From Micrococcus luteus NCTC 2665 (lineage in GTDB: Bacteria > Actinomycetota > Actinomycetes > Actinomycetales > Micrococcaceae), in NCBI RefSeq assembly GCF_000023205.1, contig NC_012803.1:810001-842000 (forward strand): DNA of 32,000 nucleotides, given 5' to 3'. The position numbers were made by a program, and so were the translations under genes. The notes under the pieces are model-generated. The model ran no database searches, had not been told where the DNA came from, and saw only the letters and a program-made list of their open reading frames with translations. Of the stretch, positions 24,414-32,000 are shown piece by piece. Numbering within the stretch: the stretch's first letter is position 1; each line of letters starts with the position of its first letter.

Positions 24414-25895
24414 ATGCGCTTTCTCACCGACCCGGCCGTCGACCTGACGTACAACGACGTCTTCCTCGTGCCCTCCCACTCGGACGTCGCCAGTCGCATG
24501 GACGTGGACATCGCCCCGGATGACGGCACGGGTGCCACCGTCCCCCTGGTCTCCGCCAACATGACCGCCGTCACCGGGCGGCGGATGGTCGAGACCATGG
24601 CCCGGCGCGGTGGTCTCGGAATCCTGCCGCAGGACATCCCGGCGGACGTGATCCGGGACGTCGTGCGTCGGGTGAAGGCGGCCCACCCCGTGGCGGACAC
24701 CGCCCTGACCGTCGGGCCGCAGGACACGGTGCTGGACCTGCTCCACCTCGTGGACCGCCGCAACCACGGGGCCGTCTGCGTGGTCGACGCGCACGGCGGG
24801 CTGCTCGGCGTGGTCAGCCCCCAGGACTGCGAGGGCATGGACCGCTTCGCCTCGGCCGCCTCCGTCATGCACCCTCCGGCGGTGACCCTCACGCTCGCCG
24901 AGCTCGGCGGCACGGACGGGGCCCCGAGCAAGGACGCGCTGCGGGCAGCCTTCGAGCGCCTGCACGCAGCGCGCCAGGAGATGGCCCCCGTCGTGGACTC
25001 GGCGGTGGGCGCCGCCGCCCCCGTGCTGCGCGGGGTCGTCACCGCGGCGGGCCTGCTGCGCTCGTCCCTGTTCACGCCCGGTCTCGACGACGACGGACGG
25101 CTCCGCGTCGGCGCCGCCGTCGGCATCAACGGGGCGGTGGGGGAGAAGGCCGCCGCCCTGGTCGAGGCCGGTGTCGACGTGCTCGTCGTGGACACCGCGC
25201 ACGGTCATCAGCGGACCATGCTGGACGCGCTCGCCGCCGTGCGGGCCCTCGACCCCGGCGTGCCCGTGGCGGCCGGCAACGTCGTCTCCGGCGACGGCGT
25301 CCGGGACCTGGTCGCGGCCGGCGCGGACATCGTCAAGGTGGGCGTGGGCCCGGGCGCGATGTGCACCACGCGCATGCAGACCGCGGTGGGCCGGCCGCAG
25401 TTCTCGGCGGTCCTGGAGTGCGCCATCGCGGCCCGCGAGCTGGGGGCACGCGTGTGGGCGGACGGCGGGGTGAAGCACCCGCGGGACGTGGCGCTCGCGC
25501 TGGCCGCAGGAGCCAGCTCGGTGATGATCGGCTCGTGGTTCGCGGGGACGCTCGAGTCTCCGGGCGACCTCGTGCACGGCCCGGACGGTCGGCGGTACAA
25601 GGAGAGCTTCGGCATGGCCTCGGCTCGCGCGGTCCAGCACCGCACCCGCCACGAGGACGCCTTCACCAAGGCCCGCAAGGCGATGTTCGAGGAGGGCATC
25701 TCGTCCTCACGCATGTACGTGGACCCGCGCCGCCCGTCGGTGGAGGACCTCCTGGACACCATCACGTCCGGTGTGCGCTCGTCGCTGACCTACGCCGGCG
25801 CCCACGACCTGGCGCAGTTCCGTGAGCGCGCCGTCGTCGGCCTGCAGTCCGCGGCGGGCTACGAGGAGGGCCGGCCGGTCGCCTCGTCGTGGTGA
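24414..25895 (+). CDS. guaB1: GuaB1-family IMP dehydrogenase-related protein (GMP reductase-like) with CBS pair
   Basis: In-frame ATG 24414 of ORF 24237..25895. Begins MRFLTDPAVDLTYNDVFLVPSHSDV. Catalytic loop is KVGVGPGAMCTTR. A CBS-like insertion lies between VSANM and the barrel. Confidence 0.9.
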   Translation: MRFLTDPAVDLTYNDVFLVPSHSDVASRMDVDIAPDDGTGATVPLVSANMTAVTGRRMVETMARRGGLGILPQDIPADVIRDVVRRVKAAHPVADTALTVGPQDTVLDLLHLVDRRNHGAVCVVDAHGGLLGVVSPQDCEGMDRFASAASVMHPPAVTLTLAELGGTDGAPSKDALRAAFERLHAARQEMAPVVDSAVGAAAPVLRGVVTAAGLLRSSLFTPGLDDDGRLRVGAAVGINGAVGEKAAALVEAGVDVLVVDTAHGHQRTMLDALAAVRALDPGVPVAAGNVVSGDGVRDLVAAGADIVKVGVGPGAMCTTRMQTAVGRPQFSAVLECAIAARELGARVWADGGVKHPRDVALALAAGASSVMIGSWFAGTLESPGDLVHGPDGRRYKESFGMASARAVQHRTRHEDAFTKARKAMFEEGISSSRMYVDPRRPSVEDLLDTITSGVRSSLTYAGAHDLAQFRERAVVGLQSAAGYEEGRPVASSW

Positions 25896-25939
25896 GGCGG
25901 CCGCTCTCCCCGGCCCGTTCCGCCGGGGCCTGACGCCCC

Positions 25940-25945
25940 TATACT
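25940..25945 (+). promoter_or_regulatory. Candidate -10 element TATACT(GG) downstream of guaB1 and upstream of the CNNM gene pair
   Basis: CCTATACTGG is one of the most AT-rich hexamers in this intergenic region. It lies 134 nt upstream of GTG 26080. A possible -35 element TTCCGC sits 16 nt upstream. Confidence 0.3.
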
Positions 25946-26079
25946 GGACGGACTATGGATCACCCTGACACCTGTGTGCCAGACCGCCCGTCCGCCCACG
26001 CGGACGCGGCCGGATCGGAGCCTTCCAGTCCCGGTGCCCCGCACCGCCGCCCGGCCCGCCGTCGAGGGGGTGAGGTCGG

Positions 26080-27396
26080 GTGGAGTGGCTCCTGCTGATC
26101 CTCGGCCTGGTCCTGATCGTGGGCACCGGGTTCTTCGTGGCCGTCGAGTTCGCACTGATCGCGATCGACGTGCCGACCGTGCAGCGCATGGTGGACGCGG
26201 GTGACCGCGGCGCCGAGCCCCTGCTGCGCTGCCTCAAGTCACTCTCGACCCAGCTCTCCGCGTGCCAGCTGGGCATCACCCTGACCACACTGCTCACCGG
26301 ATACGTGATGGACCCGGCGATCAGCCGGCTCATCGACCCGCTGCTGCTCCAGGTGGGGCTGCCGGCCGGCGTGGTGGGCACCGTCTCGCTCGTCGTCGCG
26401 ATGGTCGTGGCAACCCTGCTCTCGATGCTCCTCGGCGAGCTGATCCCCAAGAACATGTCCATCGCCGAGCCCATGGCGATCGGCCGAGCACTCGCCCGGC
26501 CCCAGCTCGTGTTCAGCACCGTGTTCAAGCCGGCGATCCTGGTCCTGAACGGGTTCTCCAACGGCGTGCTGGCCCGCGTGGGCATCGAGGCCAAGGAGGA
26601 GATCTCCGGCGCCCGCAGCCCCGAGGAGCTCTCCTCGCTGGTCCGCCGCTCGGCGCAGCTGGGCACGCTCGACGCGCAGACCGCCACGTTCCTGGACCGG
26701 ACGCTGCGCTTCGCGGACCGCACCGCCGCGGACGTGATGACCCCGCGCATCCGCGTGGAGACGGTGAGGGAGGACCAGGCTCTGCCCGAGGTCCTGGACC
26801 TGGCCCGCAGCACCGGCTACTCCCGGTTCCCCGTGATCGGCGACTCCTCGGACGACATCCGCGGCGTGGTGCACGTGAAGAAGGTCGTGGCCGTGCCGCG
26901 GGAGCGCCGCGCCGACCTCGAGGCCGGTGCACTGATGACGGAGGTCATCCGCGTGCCGGAGACCGTGCACCTGGACCAGCTGCTGGCCGAGCTGCGCGAC
27001 GCGAACCTGCAGATGGCCGTCGTCGTGGACGAGTACGGGGGCACCGCCGGGGTGGTCACGCTCGAGGACGTGGTGGAGGAGATCGTCGGCGAGGTCGCGG
27101 ACGAGCACGACCGAGTCACCCCGGGGGTCCTCCAGACGGCCTCCGGCCGCTGGTACTTCCCGGCGGAGCTGCGGCCCGACGAGGTGCGAACCCAGATCCC
27201 GGGCCTCGTGGTGCCGGAGGACGGGGCCTACGAGACCGTCGGCGGGTACATCCTGGCCCGACTGGGGCGCCTGGCGGAGGTCGGGGACGTGGTGGACGTG
27301 GACGGCGGCACCCTGACGGTCGAGCGGATGGACGGCCGCCGCATCGAGCGCGTGCGCTTCGACCCGGCCGCTGAGGACGAGGAGACGCGCGCATGA
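26080..27396 (+). CDS. CNNM (DUF21) transmembrane / CBS pair / CorC_HlyC domain protein (hemolysin-family, putative Mg/divalent cation transporter)
   Basis: ORF 26080..27396. Sequence includes FFVAVEFALIA, ACQLGITL and GELIPKN, then the CBS region ADVMTPR...GYSRFPV and VVDEYGGTAGVVTLEDVVEEIVGE, and finally a CorC C-terminal domain. Confidence 0.9.
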   Translation: MEWLLLILGLVLIVGTGFFVAVEFALIAIDVPTVQRMVDAGDRGAEPLLRCLKSLSTQLSACQLGITLTTLLTGYVMDPAISRLIDPLLLQVGLPAGVVGTVSLVVAMVVATLLSMLLGELIPKNMSIAEPMAIGRALARPQLVFSTVFKPAILVLNGFSNGVLARVGIEAKEEISGARSPEELSSLVRRSAQLGTLDAQTATFLDRTLRFADRTAADVMTPRIRVETVREDQALPEVLDLARSTGYSRFPVIGDSSDDIRGVVHVKKVVAVPRERRADLEAGALMTEVIRVPETVHLDQLLAELRDANLQMAVVVDEYGGTAGVVTLEDVVEEIVGEVADEHDRVTPGVLQTASGRWYFPAELRPDEVRTQIPGLVVPEDGAYETVGGYILARLGRLAEVGDVVDVDGGTLTVERMDGRRIERVRFDPAAEDEETRA

Positions 27397-28451
27397 ACGG
27401 GGACGTCGTCGGACTGCTGTGGCTGGTGGTCCTGTTGGCCGCCAACGCCTTCTTCGTGGCGGGCGAGTTCGCCGTCATGGGCGCCCGTCGGGCGCAGATC
27501 GAGCCGAGGGCCGAGGCCGGCTCCCGCCAGGCCCAGGTGGCGCTCTACGCGATGGAGCACGTCTCCCAGATGCTGGCCGTCTGCCAGCTCGGCATCACGG
27601 TGTGCTCCCTGCTCATCCTCAACGTGTCCGAGCCGGCGCTGCACCACCTGCTCGTCGTCCCGATGGCCGCCCTCGGGGTGCCGGCCGCGGCGGCGGATGT
27701 CACCGCCTTCGTGCTCGCGCTGCTGGTGGTCACCTTCCTGCACGTGACCCTGGGCGAGATGGTGCCCAAGAACGCCGCCGTCTCGTTCGCGGACCGCGCC
27801 GTGATGCTGCTGGCCCCGCCGCTCGTGTGGCTCTCGAAGCTGCTGCATCCGGTCGTGGCCGCGCTGAACTGGACGGCCAACCTCGTGCTGCGCGCACTGC
27901 GCATCGAGCCGAAGGACGAGGTGGCCTCCTCCTACACGCTCGAGGAGGTGCAGTCGATCGTGGCCGAGTCCACCCGCTCGGGCACCCTGGACGATGAGTC
28001 CGGCGTGCTGCACTCGGCCCTCGAGTTCTCGGACCACCGGGCCGGGGACGTGATGGTGCCGCGGGAACGGGTCGTCACCGTCCCCGAGGGGATCACGCCG
28101 CACGACTTCGAGTGGACCGTGGGTCGCGTGGGCTTCTCCCGGTTCGTGGTCGAGGACCCCGACGGCGGCTACACCGGCTACCTGCACCTGAAGGACGTCC
28201 TCACCGTGGGGCCGTCGGGGTACGACGAGCCGATCCCGCTCACGCGCGTGCGGTCGCTGGCCAACGTGCGGCTCGAGGATGAGGTCGAGGACGCCCTGGC
28301 GCTCATGCAGCGCACGGGCTCCCACCTGGCCCGGGTGATCACGCCCGAGGGCGAGACCGCGGGCATCCTCTTCCTCGAGGACGTGCTCGAGGAGCTCGTC
28401 GGGGAGATCAACGACGTGACGCAGTCGCCGCGTCGGTTCCGGCCCGCGTGA
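27393..28451 (+). CDS. CNNM (DUF21) / CBS pair membrane protein lacking the CorC C-terminal domain
   Basis: ORF 27393..28451 with an ATGA overlap with the previous gene. Sequence includes FFVAGEFAVMG, VCQLGITV, GEMVPKN, GDVMVPR and ILFLEDVLEELVGE. Confidence 0.88.
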   Translation: MNGDVVGLLWLVVLLAANAFFVAGEFAVMGARRAQIEPRAEAGSRQAQVALYAMEHVSQMLAVCQLGITVCSLLILNVSEPALHHLLVVPMAALGVPAAAADVTAFVLALLVVTFLHVTLGEMVPKNAAVSFADRAVMLLAPPLVWLSKLLHPVVAALNWTANLVLRALRIEPKDEVASSYTLEEVQSIVAESTRSGTLDDESGVLHSALEFSDHRAGDVMVPRERVVTVPEGITPHDFEWTVGRVGFSRFVVEDPDGGYTGYLHLKDVLTVGPSGYDEPIPLTRVRSLANVRLEDEVEDALALMQRTGSHLARVITPEGETAGILFLEDVLEELVGEINDVTQSPRRFRPA

Positions 28452-28480
28452 GCGTCGCGCGGGCGGCGCGGTGCTACTGT

Positions 28481-28495
28481 TGAGAACCGATTTCA
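28481..28495. promoter_or_regulatory. Candidate Zur-type operator TGAGAACCGATTTCA, just downstream of a TACTGT -10-like hexamer (28475-28480)
   Basis: Imperfect palindrome TGAgAAc-c-gATTtCA resembling the actinobacterial Zur box (TGAAAATGATTTTCA type). It is a locally AT-rich island 33 nt upstream of the metal SBP start, and a Fur-family gene lies at the end of the cluster. Confidence 0.4.
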
Positions 28496-28527
28496 TGCAC
28501 CGTCCCCGACACGAACGAGGTCGCCCC

Positions 28528-29523
28528 ATGCTCCGCCGCCGTCGTCTGCCCGCCCTGACCGGGGCCCTCGCCGCGCTCACCCTGAGCCTCGCCGCGTGCG
28601 GCGGGACCGGCGGCGACTCCTCGGGTGCGCAGGCTGCTGCCGCCGGGTCCGGCTCGGCCGCGGGCGCGCCCGTGGCCGTCGCCACGACGACGCAGCTCGG
28701 CTCCGTGCTCGACCGCGTGGTCGCGTGCGCCGACGCCCGCAGCGCCACGGTGATGGGCCCCGGCGACGACCCGCACGACTTCTCCGCCTCGTCCGCGCAG
28801 GTGAAGGACATGGTCTCCTCCGGCCTCGTGTTCTCCAACGGCCTCGGCCTCGAGGGCGGCATGGAGTCCGCGCTCGCGAACGCGGAGGCGGACGGCGCGA
28901 CCGTCGTCGAGGTGGCGCCCCAGCTGGATCCGCTGCCCTTCGGCGGCCATGACCACGCCGAGGAGGGGGCGGGCCACGAGGGCCATGACCACGGGTCCGA
29001 GGATCCGCACGTCTGGATGGACGTCGCCCGCATGGCAAGGGCCGCCGAGCTGATGGGCGACACGCTCGCCCAGGAGCGGGGCGACGAGAGGTTCGCCGAG
29101 TGCGGCGCCACCGTGCGCGGGGAGCTCGAGCAGACGGACGCGCAGGTCCGGGAGATCCTCGCCGGGGTCCCGGAGGACCGCCGTACGCTGGTCACGGACC
29201 ACGACGCCTACGGCTACTTCGCCGAGGCCTACGACTTCACCGTGTCCGGCGTCGTCGTCCCGGGCGGCTCCACCGACGGCGAGCCCTCCTCCCAGGAGAT
29301 CGCCGAGCTCGCCCGGTCCATCCGTGACGGCGGCGCGGACGCCGTGATCACGTCCGTGGGCGCGCGCAACAGCCTCGTGGACACCGTGGCCGAAGAGGCC
29401 GGCGACCTGCCGGTCATCGAGGTCTACGAGGGCGGCGTCGGCCCGAAGGGCACCCCGGAGGCGGACTACGCCGAGGCCATGCTCGTCAACGCCCGCACCC
29501 TCGCCGACGCGTTGGAGGGCTGA
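28528..29523 (+). CDS. znuA: Metal ABC transporter substrate-binding lipoprotein (cluster A-I, ZnuA-like)
   Basis: In-frame ATG 28528 of ORF 28471..29523. Has the lipobox LSLAAC and the His/acidic loop GGHDHAEEGAGHEGHDHGSEDPHVW. The DPHDF and DHDAYGYF motifs are typical of this family. Confidence 0.88.
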   Translation: MLRRRRLPALTGALAALTLSLAACGGTGGDSSGAQAAAAGSGSAAGAPVAVATTTQLGSVLDRVVACADARSATVMGPGDDPHDFSASSAQVKDMVSSGLVFSNGLGLEGGMESALANAEADGATVVEVAPQLDPLPFGGHDHAEEGAGHEGHDHGSEDPHVWMDVARMARAAELMGDTLAQERGDERFAECGATVRGELEQTDAQVREILAGVPEDRRTLVTDHDAYGYFAEAYDFTVSGVVVPGGSTDGEPSSQEIAELARSIRDGGADAVITSVGARNSLVDTVAEEAGDLPVIEVYEGGVGPKGTPEADYAEAMLVNARTLADALEG

Positions 29524-29525
29524 GG

Positions 29526-30422
29526 ATGGACTGGCTGCTCGAGCCCTTCCAGATGGGATTCCAGCAGCGCGCCCTCGTCGGCGGACTCATCGCCGTGGTG
29601 ATGTGCTCGGTCGTGGGCACGTGGCTGGTGCTGCGCGGGATGAGCTTCTTCGGGGACGCGTTCGTGCACGGTGTCCTGCCGGGCATCGCCCTGGCGGTCG
29701 TCACCGGCGGCAGCCCCCACCTCGGTGCGGCGGTGGCCGCCGTCGTCATGATGGCGGGCATCTCCCTGGTGCACCGGGCCACCACCCTCAAGGAGGACAC
29801 GGCCATCGGCCTGCTCTTCGTGGGGATGATGGCCCTGGGCGTGGTGATCATCTCCACGTCGGACTCCTACACGGGTTCGCTCACATCGATCCTGTTCGGC
29901 GATGTGCTGGGGGTCAGCGTGGACGGCATCGTGACCCAGGCGGTCATCGCCGTCGTGGTGATCGCCCTGGCCCTGCTGCTCTACCGGCCCCTGCTGGCGC
30001 TGAGCTTCTCCGAGGTCAAGGCGCGCTCGCTGGGCATGCGGCCGGGGCTGACGCACACGCTGCTGCTGGTGATGATCGGCGCGGCCGTGATCGGTTCGTT
30101 CCAGGCCGTGGGCACCGTGCTCGTGTTCGGCCTCCTCGTGGGACCGCCCGCGACGGCGGCCCTGCTGACGCGCAGCGTGCCCCAGATGATGCTCGTCTCC
30201 GTGGTGATCGGCGCGGCGTGCGTCGTCACCGGGCTCACCCTCAGCTACCGGCTGGGCACGGCGGGTTCGGCCACCATGGCGCTCATGCCGATCCTGCTGT
30301 TCTTCGTCGTGCTCGCCGTCCGAGCCGCCGTGCTGGCGATCCTGGGCCGGCACGTGCGCTCGCGCGCTCAGCGTGAGCAGGAGGCGCCGGTCTCGGCCCT
30401 GCCCGGAGCGGAGGCCCGATGA
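29526..30422 (+). CDS. znuB: Metal ABC transporter permease (ZnuB-like)
   Basis: ORF 29526..30422 with GGAGGG upstream. Sequence includes FQQRALVGGLIAVVMCSVVGTWLVLRGMSFFGDAFVHGVLPG and is multi-TM. Confidence 0.9.
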   Translation: MDWLLEPFQMGFQQRALVGGLIAVVMCSVVGTWLVLRGMSFFGDAFVHGVLPGIALAVVTGGSPHLGAAVAAVVMMAGISLVHRATTLKEDTAIGLLFVGMMALGVVIISTSDSYTGSLTSILFGDVLGVSVDGIVTQAVIAVVVIALALLLYRPLLALSFSEVKARSLGMRPGLTHTLLLVMIGAAVIGSFQAVGTVLVFGLLVGPPATAALLTRSVPQMMLVSVVIGAACVVTGLTLSYRLGTAGSATMALMPILLFFVVLAVRAAVLAILGRHVRSRAQREQEAPVSALPGAEAR

Positions 30423-31237
30423 GCGCGTCCTTCCCCGCGGGCGCCGCGGCGGCCCCGCCTCCCCTCGCGGTCGCCCGGGCGCTCGAACTGCGCCACGGCG
30501 CGCACGTGGCGGTCCGGCCCTCCGACTTCACCCTGCCGGCCCGGCGGCTGATCGCGGTGATCGGGCCCAACGGCTCCGGCAAGTCCACGCTGCTGACCGC
30601 CCTGGCGGGCCTGAGCGACCCGGCCTCCGGTGCGCTCGAGGTGCTCGGCGAGGACCCGCGCCGGCGCTCGCAGCGCACCTCCTTCGTGATGCAGTCCATC
30701 GGCGTGCCCCAGGGCGTGCCGGTGACGGTGCGCGACGTCGTCGGGATGGGCCGGTACCCCACGCTCGGGTGGTTCCGCCGGTTCCGGAGGGAGGACCGGG
30801 ACATCGTGCGGGCCGCCATGGAGCGCATGCAGGTCGCGGACCTGGCACGGCGGCACCTCGACCAGCTCTCCGGCGGCCAGCGCCAGCGCGCCTACGTGGC
30901 CCAGGGCCTCGCCCAGGACCACGACGTGCTGCTGCTCGACGAGCCGATGACGGGCCTCGACATCGTCTCCGCCCGCACGATCGACGACCTCCTCCACGAG
31001 GAGCCGACGCGCGGGGTGTCCGTGGTCTACACGACCCACGATCTCGACGAGGCCGCGGAGGCGGACCACGTGGTCCTGATGGGCGGGCGAGTCGTGGCCT
31101 CCGGCTCGCCGCGGGATGTGCTCACGGTCGAGAACCTGGACATCGCGTACGGCCGGGGCGCCCTGCACGGGCCCTCCACGGCGGTCGAGGACGCGGCGGA
31201 CTTCCTGGACGACCCCGCGGGCGGCCGCCGCCACTGA
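30419..31237 (+). CDS. znuC: Metal ABC transporter ATP-binding protein (ZnuC-like)
   Basis: ORF 30419..31237 with an ATGA overlap. Walker A is GPNGSGKSTLL, the ABC signature LSGGQRQR and Walker B LLLDEP. Confidence 0.92.
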   Translation: MSASFPAGAAAAPPPLAVARALELRHGAHVAVRPSDFTLPARRLIAVIGPNGSGKSTLLTALAGLSDPASGALEVLGEDPRRRSQRTSFVMQSIGVPQGVPVTVRDVVGMGRYPTLGWFRRFRREDRDIVRAAMERMQVADLARRHLDQLSGGQRQRAYVAQGLAQDHDVLLLDEPMTGLDIVSARTIDDLLHEEPTRGVSVVYTTHDLDEAAEADHVVLMGGRVVASGSPRDVLTVENLDIAYGRGALHGPSTAVEDAADFLDDPAGGRRH

Positions 31238-31261
31238 CCGGGGCCCGGCCCATGGTCATGG

Positions 31262-31708
31262 TCAGGCCCCGCGGGTGCGCCCCTCGGTCCGGCAGCGGGC
31301 GCAGACACCGGTGATCTCCACCGTGTGGTCCGCGTCCGTGAAGCCGTGCTCCGCGGTGACGGCGGTGGCCCACGCCTCGACGTGAGGGGCGGTGACCTCG
31401 ACGGTGGTCCAGCAGATCCGGCACACCAGGTGGTGATGGTGGCCCTCGTCCTCGCACCGGCGGTACACGGACTCGCCGTCATCGCGGCGGAGCACGTCCA
31501 CGAGCCCGTCGTCGAGCTGCTGCTGCAGGGACCGGTACACGGTGGCCAGCGAGACGCGTTCGCCCTGGTCCTGGAGGCGGGCATGGAGCTCCTGCGCGCT
31601 CACGAAGTCCGGGATGCGGTCCAGGGCTCGGTCGACGGCGGCCTTCTGCCGGGTCGCCCGGGGACGGGCGGCACGGGGGCTGGGCTCGGGGGCGCTCACG
31701 GTGCTCAC
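31262..31708 (-). CDS. zur: Fur-family metalloregulator (Zur-like)
   Basis: C-terminal 148 codons of ORF 31262..31960. Start is GTG 31708 or 31699, downstream of GAAGGAG. The wHTH region is SAQELHARLQDQGERVSLATVYRSL. Also has HHHHLVC and two CxxC pairs (CRIC, CARC). It is convergent with znuC. Confidence 0.85.
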   Translation of the reverse strand: MSTVSAPEPSPRAARPRATRQKAAVDRALDRIPDFVSAQELHARLQDQGERVSLATVYRSLQQQLDDGLVDVLRRDDGESVYRRCEDEGHHHHLVCRICWTTVEVTAPHVEAWATAVTAEHGFTDADHTVEITGVCARCRTEGRTRGA

Positions 31709-31819
31709 GACTCCTTCTGCGGCGGCTGCCGCCTCCTCCGCGCGGTCCGGAACAGGTCCGCACGGGCCATCCTCCAGGTTATCAGCGACGCCGAAGGGGG
31801 TGTGGAGTAGGGTGTCCGG

Positions 31820-32000
31820 GTGCACAGCGAGAGCCCGGACCCATCCCCTGTCCCGGACCGCGACGGCGCCGCCCCCGATCGACCCGACCCGCTGATCGTC
31901 GTCGACGAGGGGCAGGGCCGCGTCGTCCCGGCGCCCACGGCGGCCCCGTCCTCGTCCCATGACGCCGGCGGCGACCCGGACGCGGACACCGACGGCGTCG
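31820..32000 (+). CDS. Partial ORF of unknown function (Asp/Pro-rich N-terminus), running off the right edge
   Basis: GTG 31820 follows an in-frame TAG at 31808. It translates VHSESPDPSPVPDRDGAAPDRPDPLIVVDEGQGRVV. By hand count, third-position GC is about 55/60, above first-position GC of about 51/60, which fits this frame slightly better than the antisense zur extension. No recognisable motif. Confidence 0.3.
   Translation, partial: MHSESPDPSPVPDRDGAAPDRPDPLIVVDEGQGRVVPAPTAAPSSSHDAGGDPDADTDGV

Noticed and set aside
31234-31263. Short inverted repeat CTGACC..GGTCAG and tandem CATGGT CATGGT between convergent znuC and zur.
   Set aside because: The arms are only 6 bp and overlap both stop codons. 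This is too weak to call a terminator or a repeat element.
1-32000. Scan for CRISPR arrays, IS elements or transposases, rRNA and tRNA genes, and large direct repeats.
   Set aside because: None were recognised by eye. The only RNA gene found is tmRNA, and the only notable repeats are short ones: the 17-nt DVRDER-coding string and the hairpins listed as features. A computational repeat, tRNA and Rfam scan would be needed to be definitive.

Overview
Very GC-rich actinobacterial chromosome segment that looks like Micrococcaceae and is mostly core genome. High GC produces many long spurious ORFs. Real frames were chosen by recognisable protein motifs, third-position GC and start-site context.

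Gene order:
- (1) Minus strand: an FHA-like/2-TM/FtsK-SpoIIIE ATPase gene, open to the window edge and absent from the ORF track.
- (2) Divergent from it, a tightly coupled Tad/Flp operon: tadA-tadB-tadC, a small Flp-like pilin, three TadE/TadG-like pseudopilins and an alpha/beta hydrolase.
- (3) prfB.
- (4) Zn-dependent butanediol/alcohol dehydrogenase.
- (5) Thiolase plus scoA/scoB CoA-transferase.
- (6) smpB and tmRNA (ssrA, tag AESKRTDFALAA).
- (7) Minus-strand cluster aroA-rsgA-hisN-crcB-crcB.
- (8) sigH-rshA (ECF sigma factor and ZAS anti-sigma factor).
- (9) A 24-codon bL37 ribosomal protein gene, absent from the ORF track.
- (10) A degenerate SGNH-like gene.
- (11) kgd/odhA (E2-E1 fusion 2-oxoglutarate dehydrogenase).
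- (12) guaB1 followed by two CNNM/CBS membrane proteins.
- (13) znuA-B-C-like metal ABC transporter with a convergent Fur-family (Zur-like) regulator.
- (14) A partial unknown ORF at the right edge.

I saw no CRISPR array, IS element, integrase, rRNA or tRNA.

Most noteworthy:
- the FtsK-like gene paired with a Tad operon that lacks TadZ, a prepilin peptidase and canonical Flp residues;
- an exact SigH/SigR-type promoter (GGAAT-N18-GTT) in front of ssrA;
- a recurring TA[GT][AG]CTG -10 element placed for leaderless aroA, prfB and sigH;
- a candidate Zur operator.

I found no clearly novel multi-gene system. The candidates are hypotheses that need database and experimental checks.
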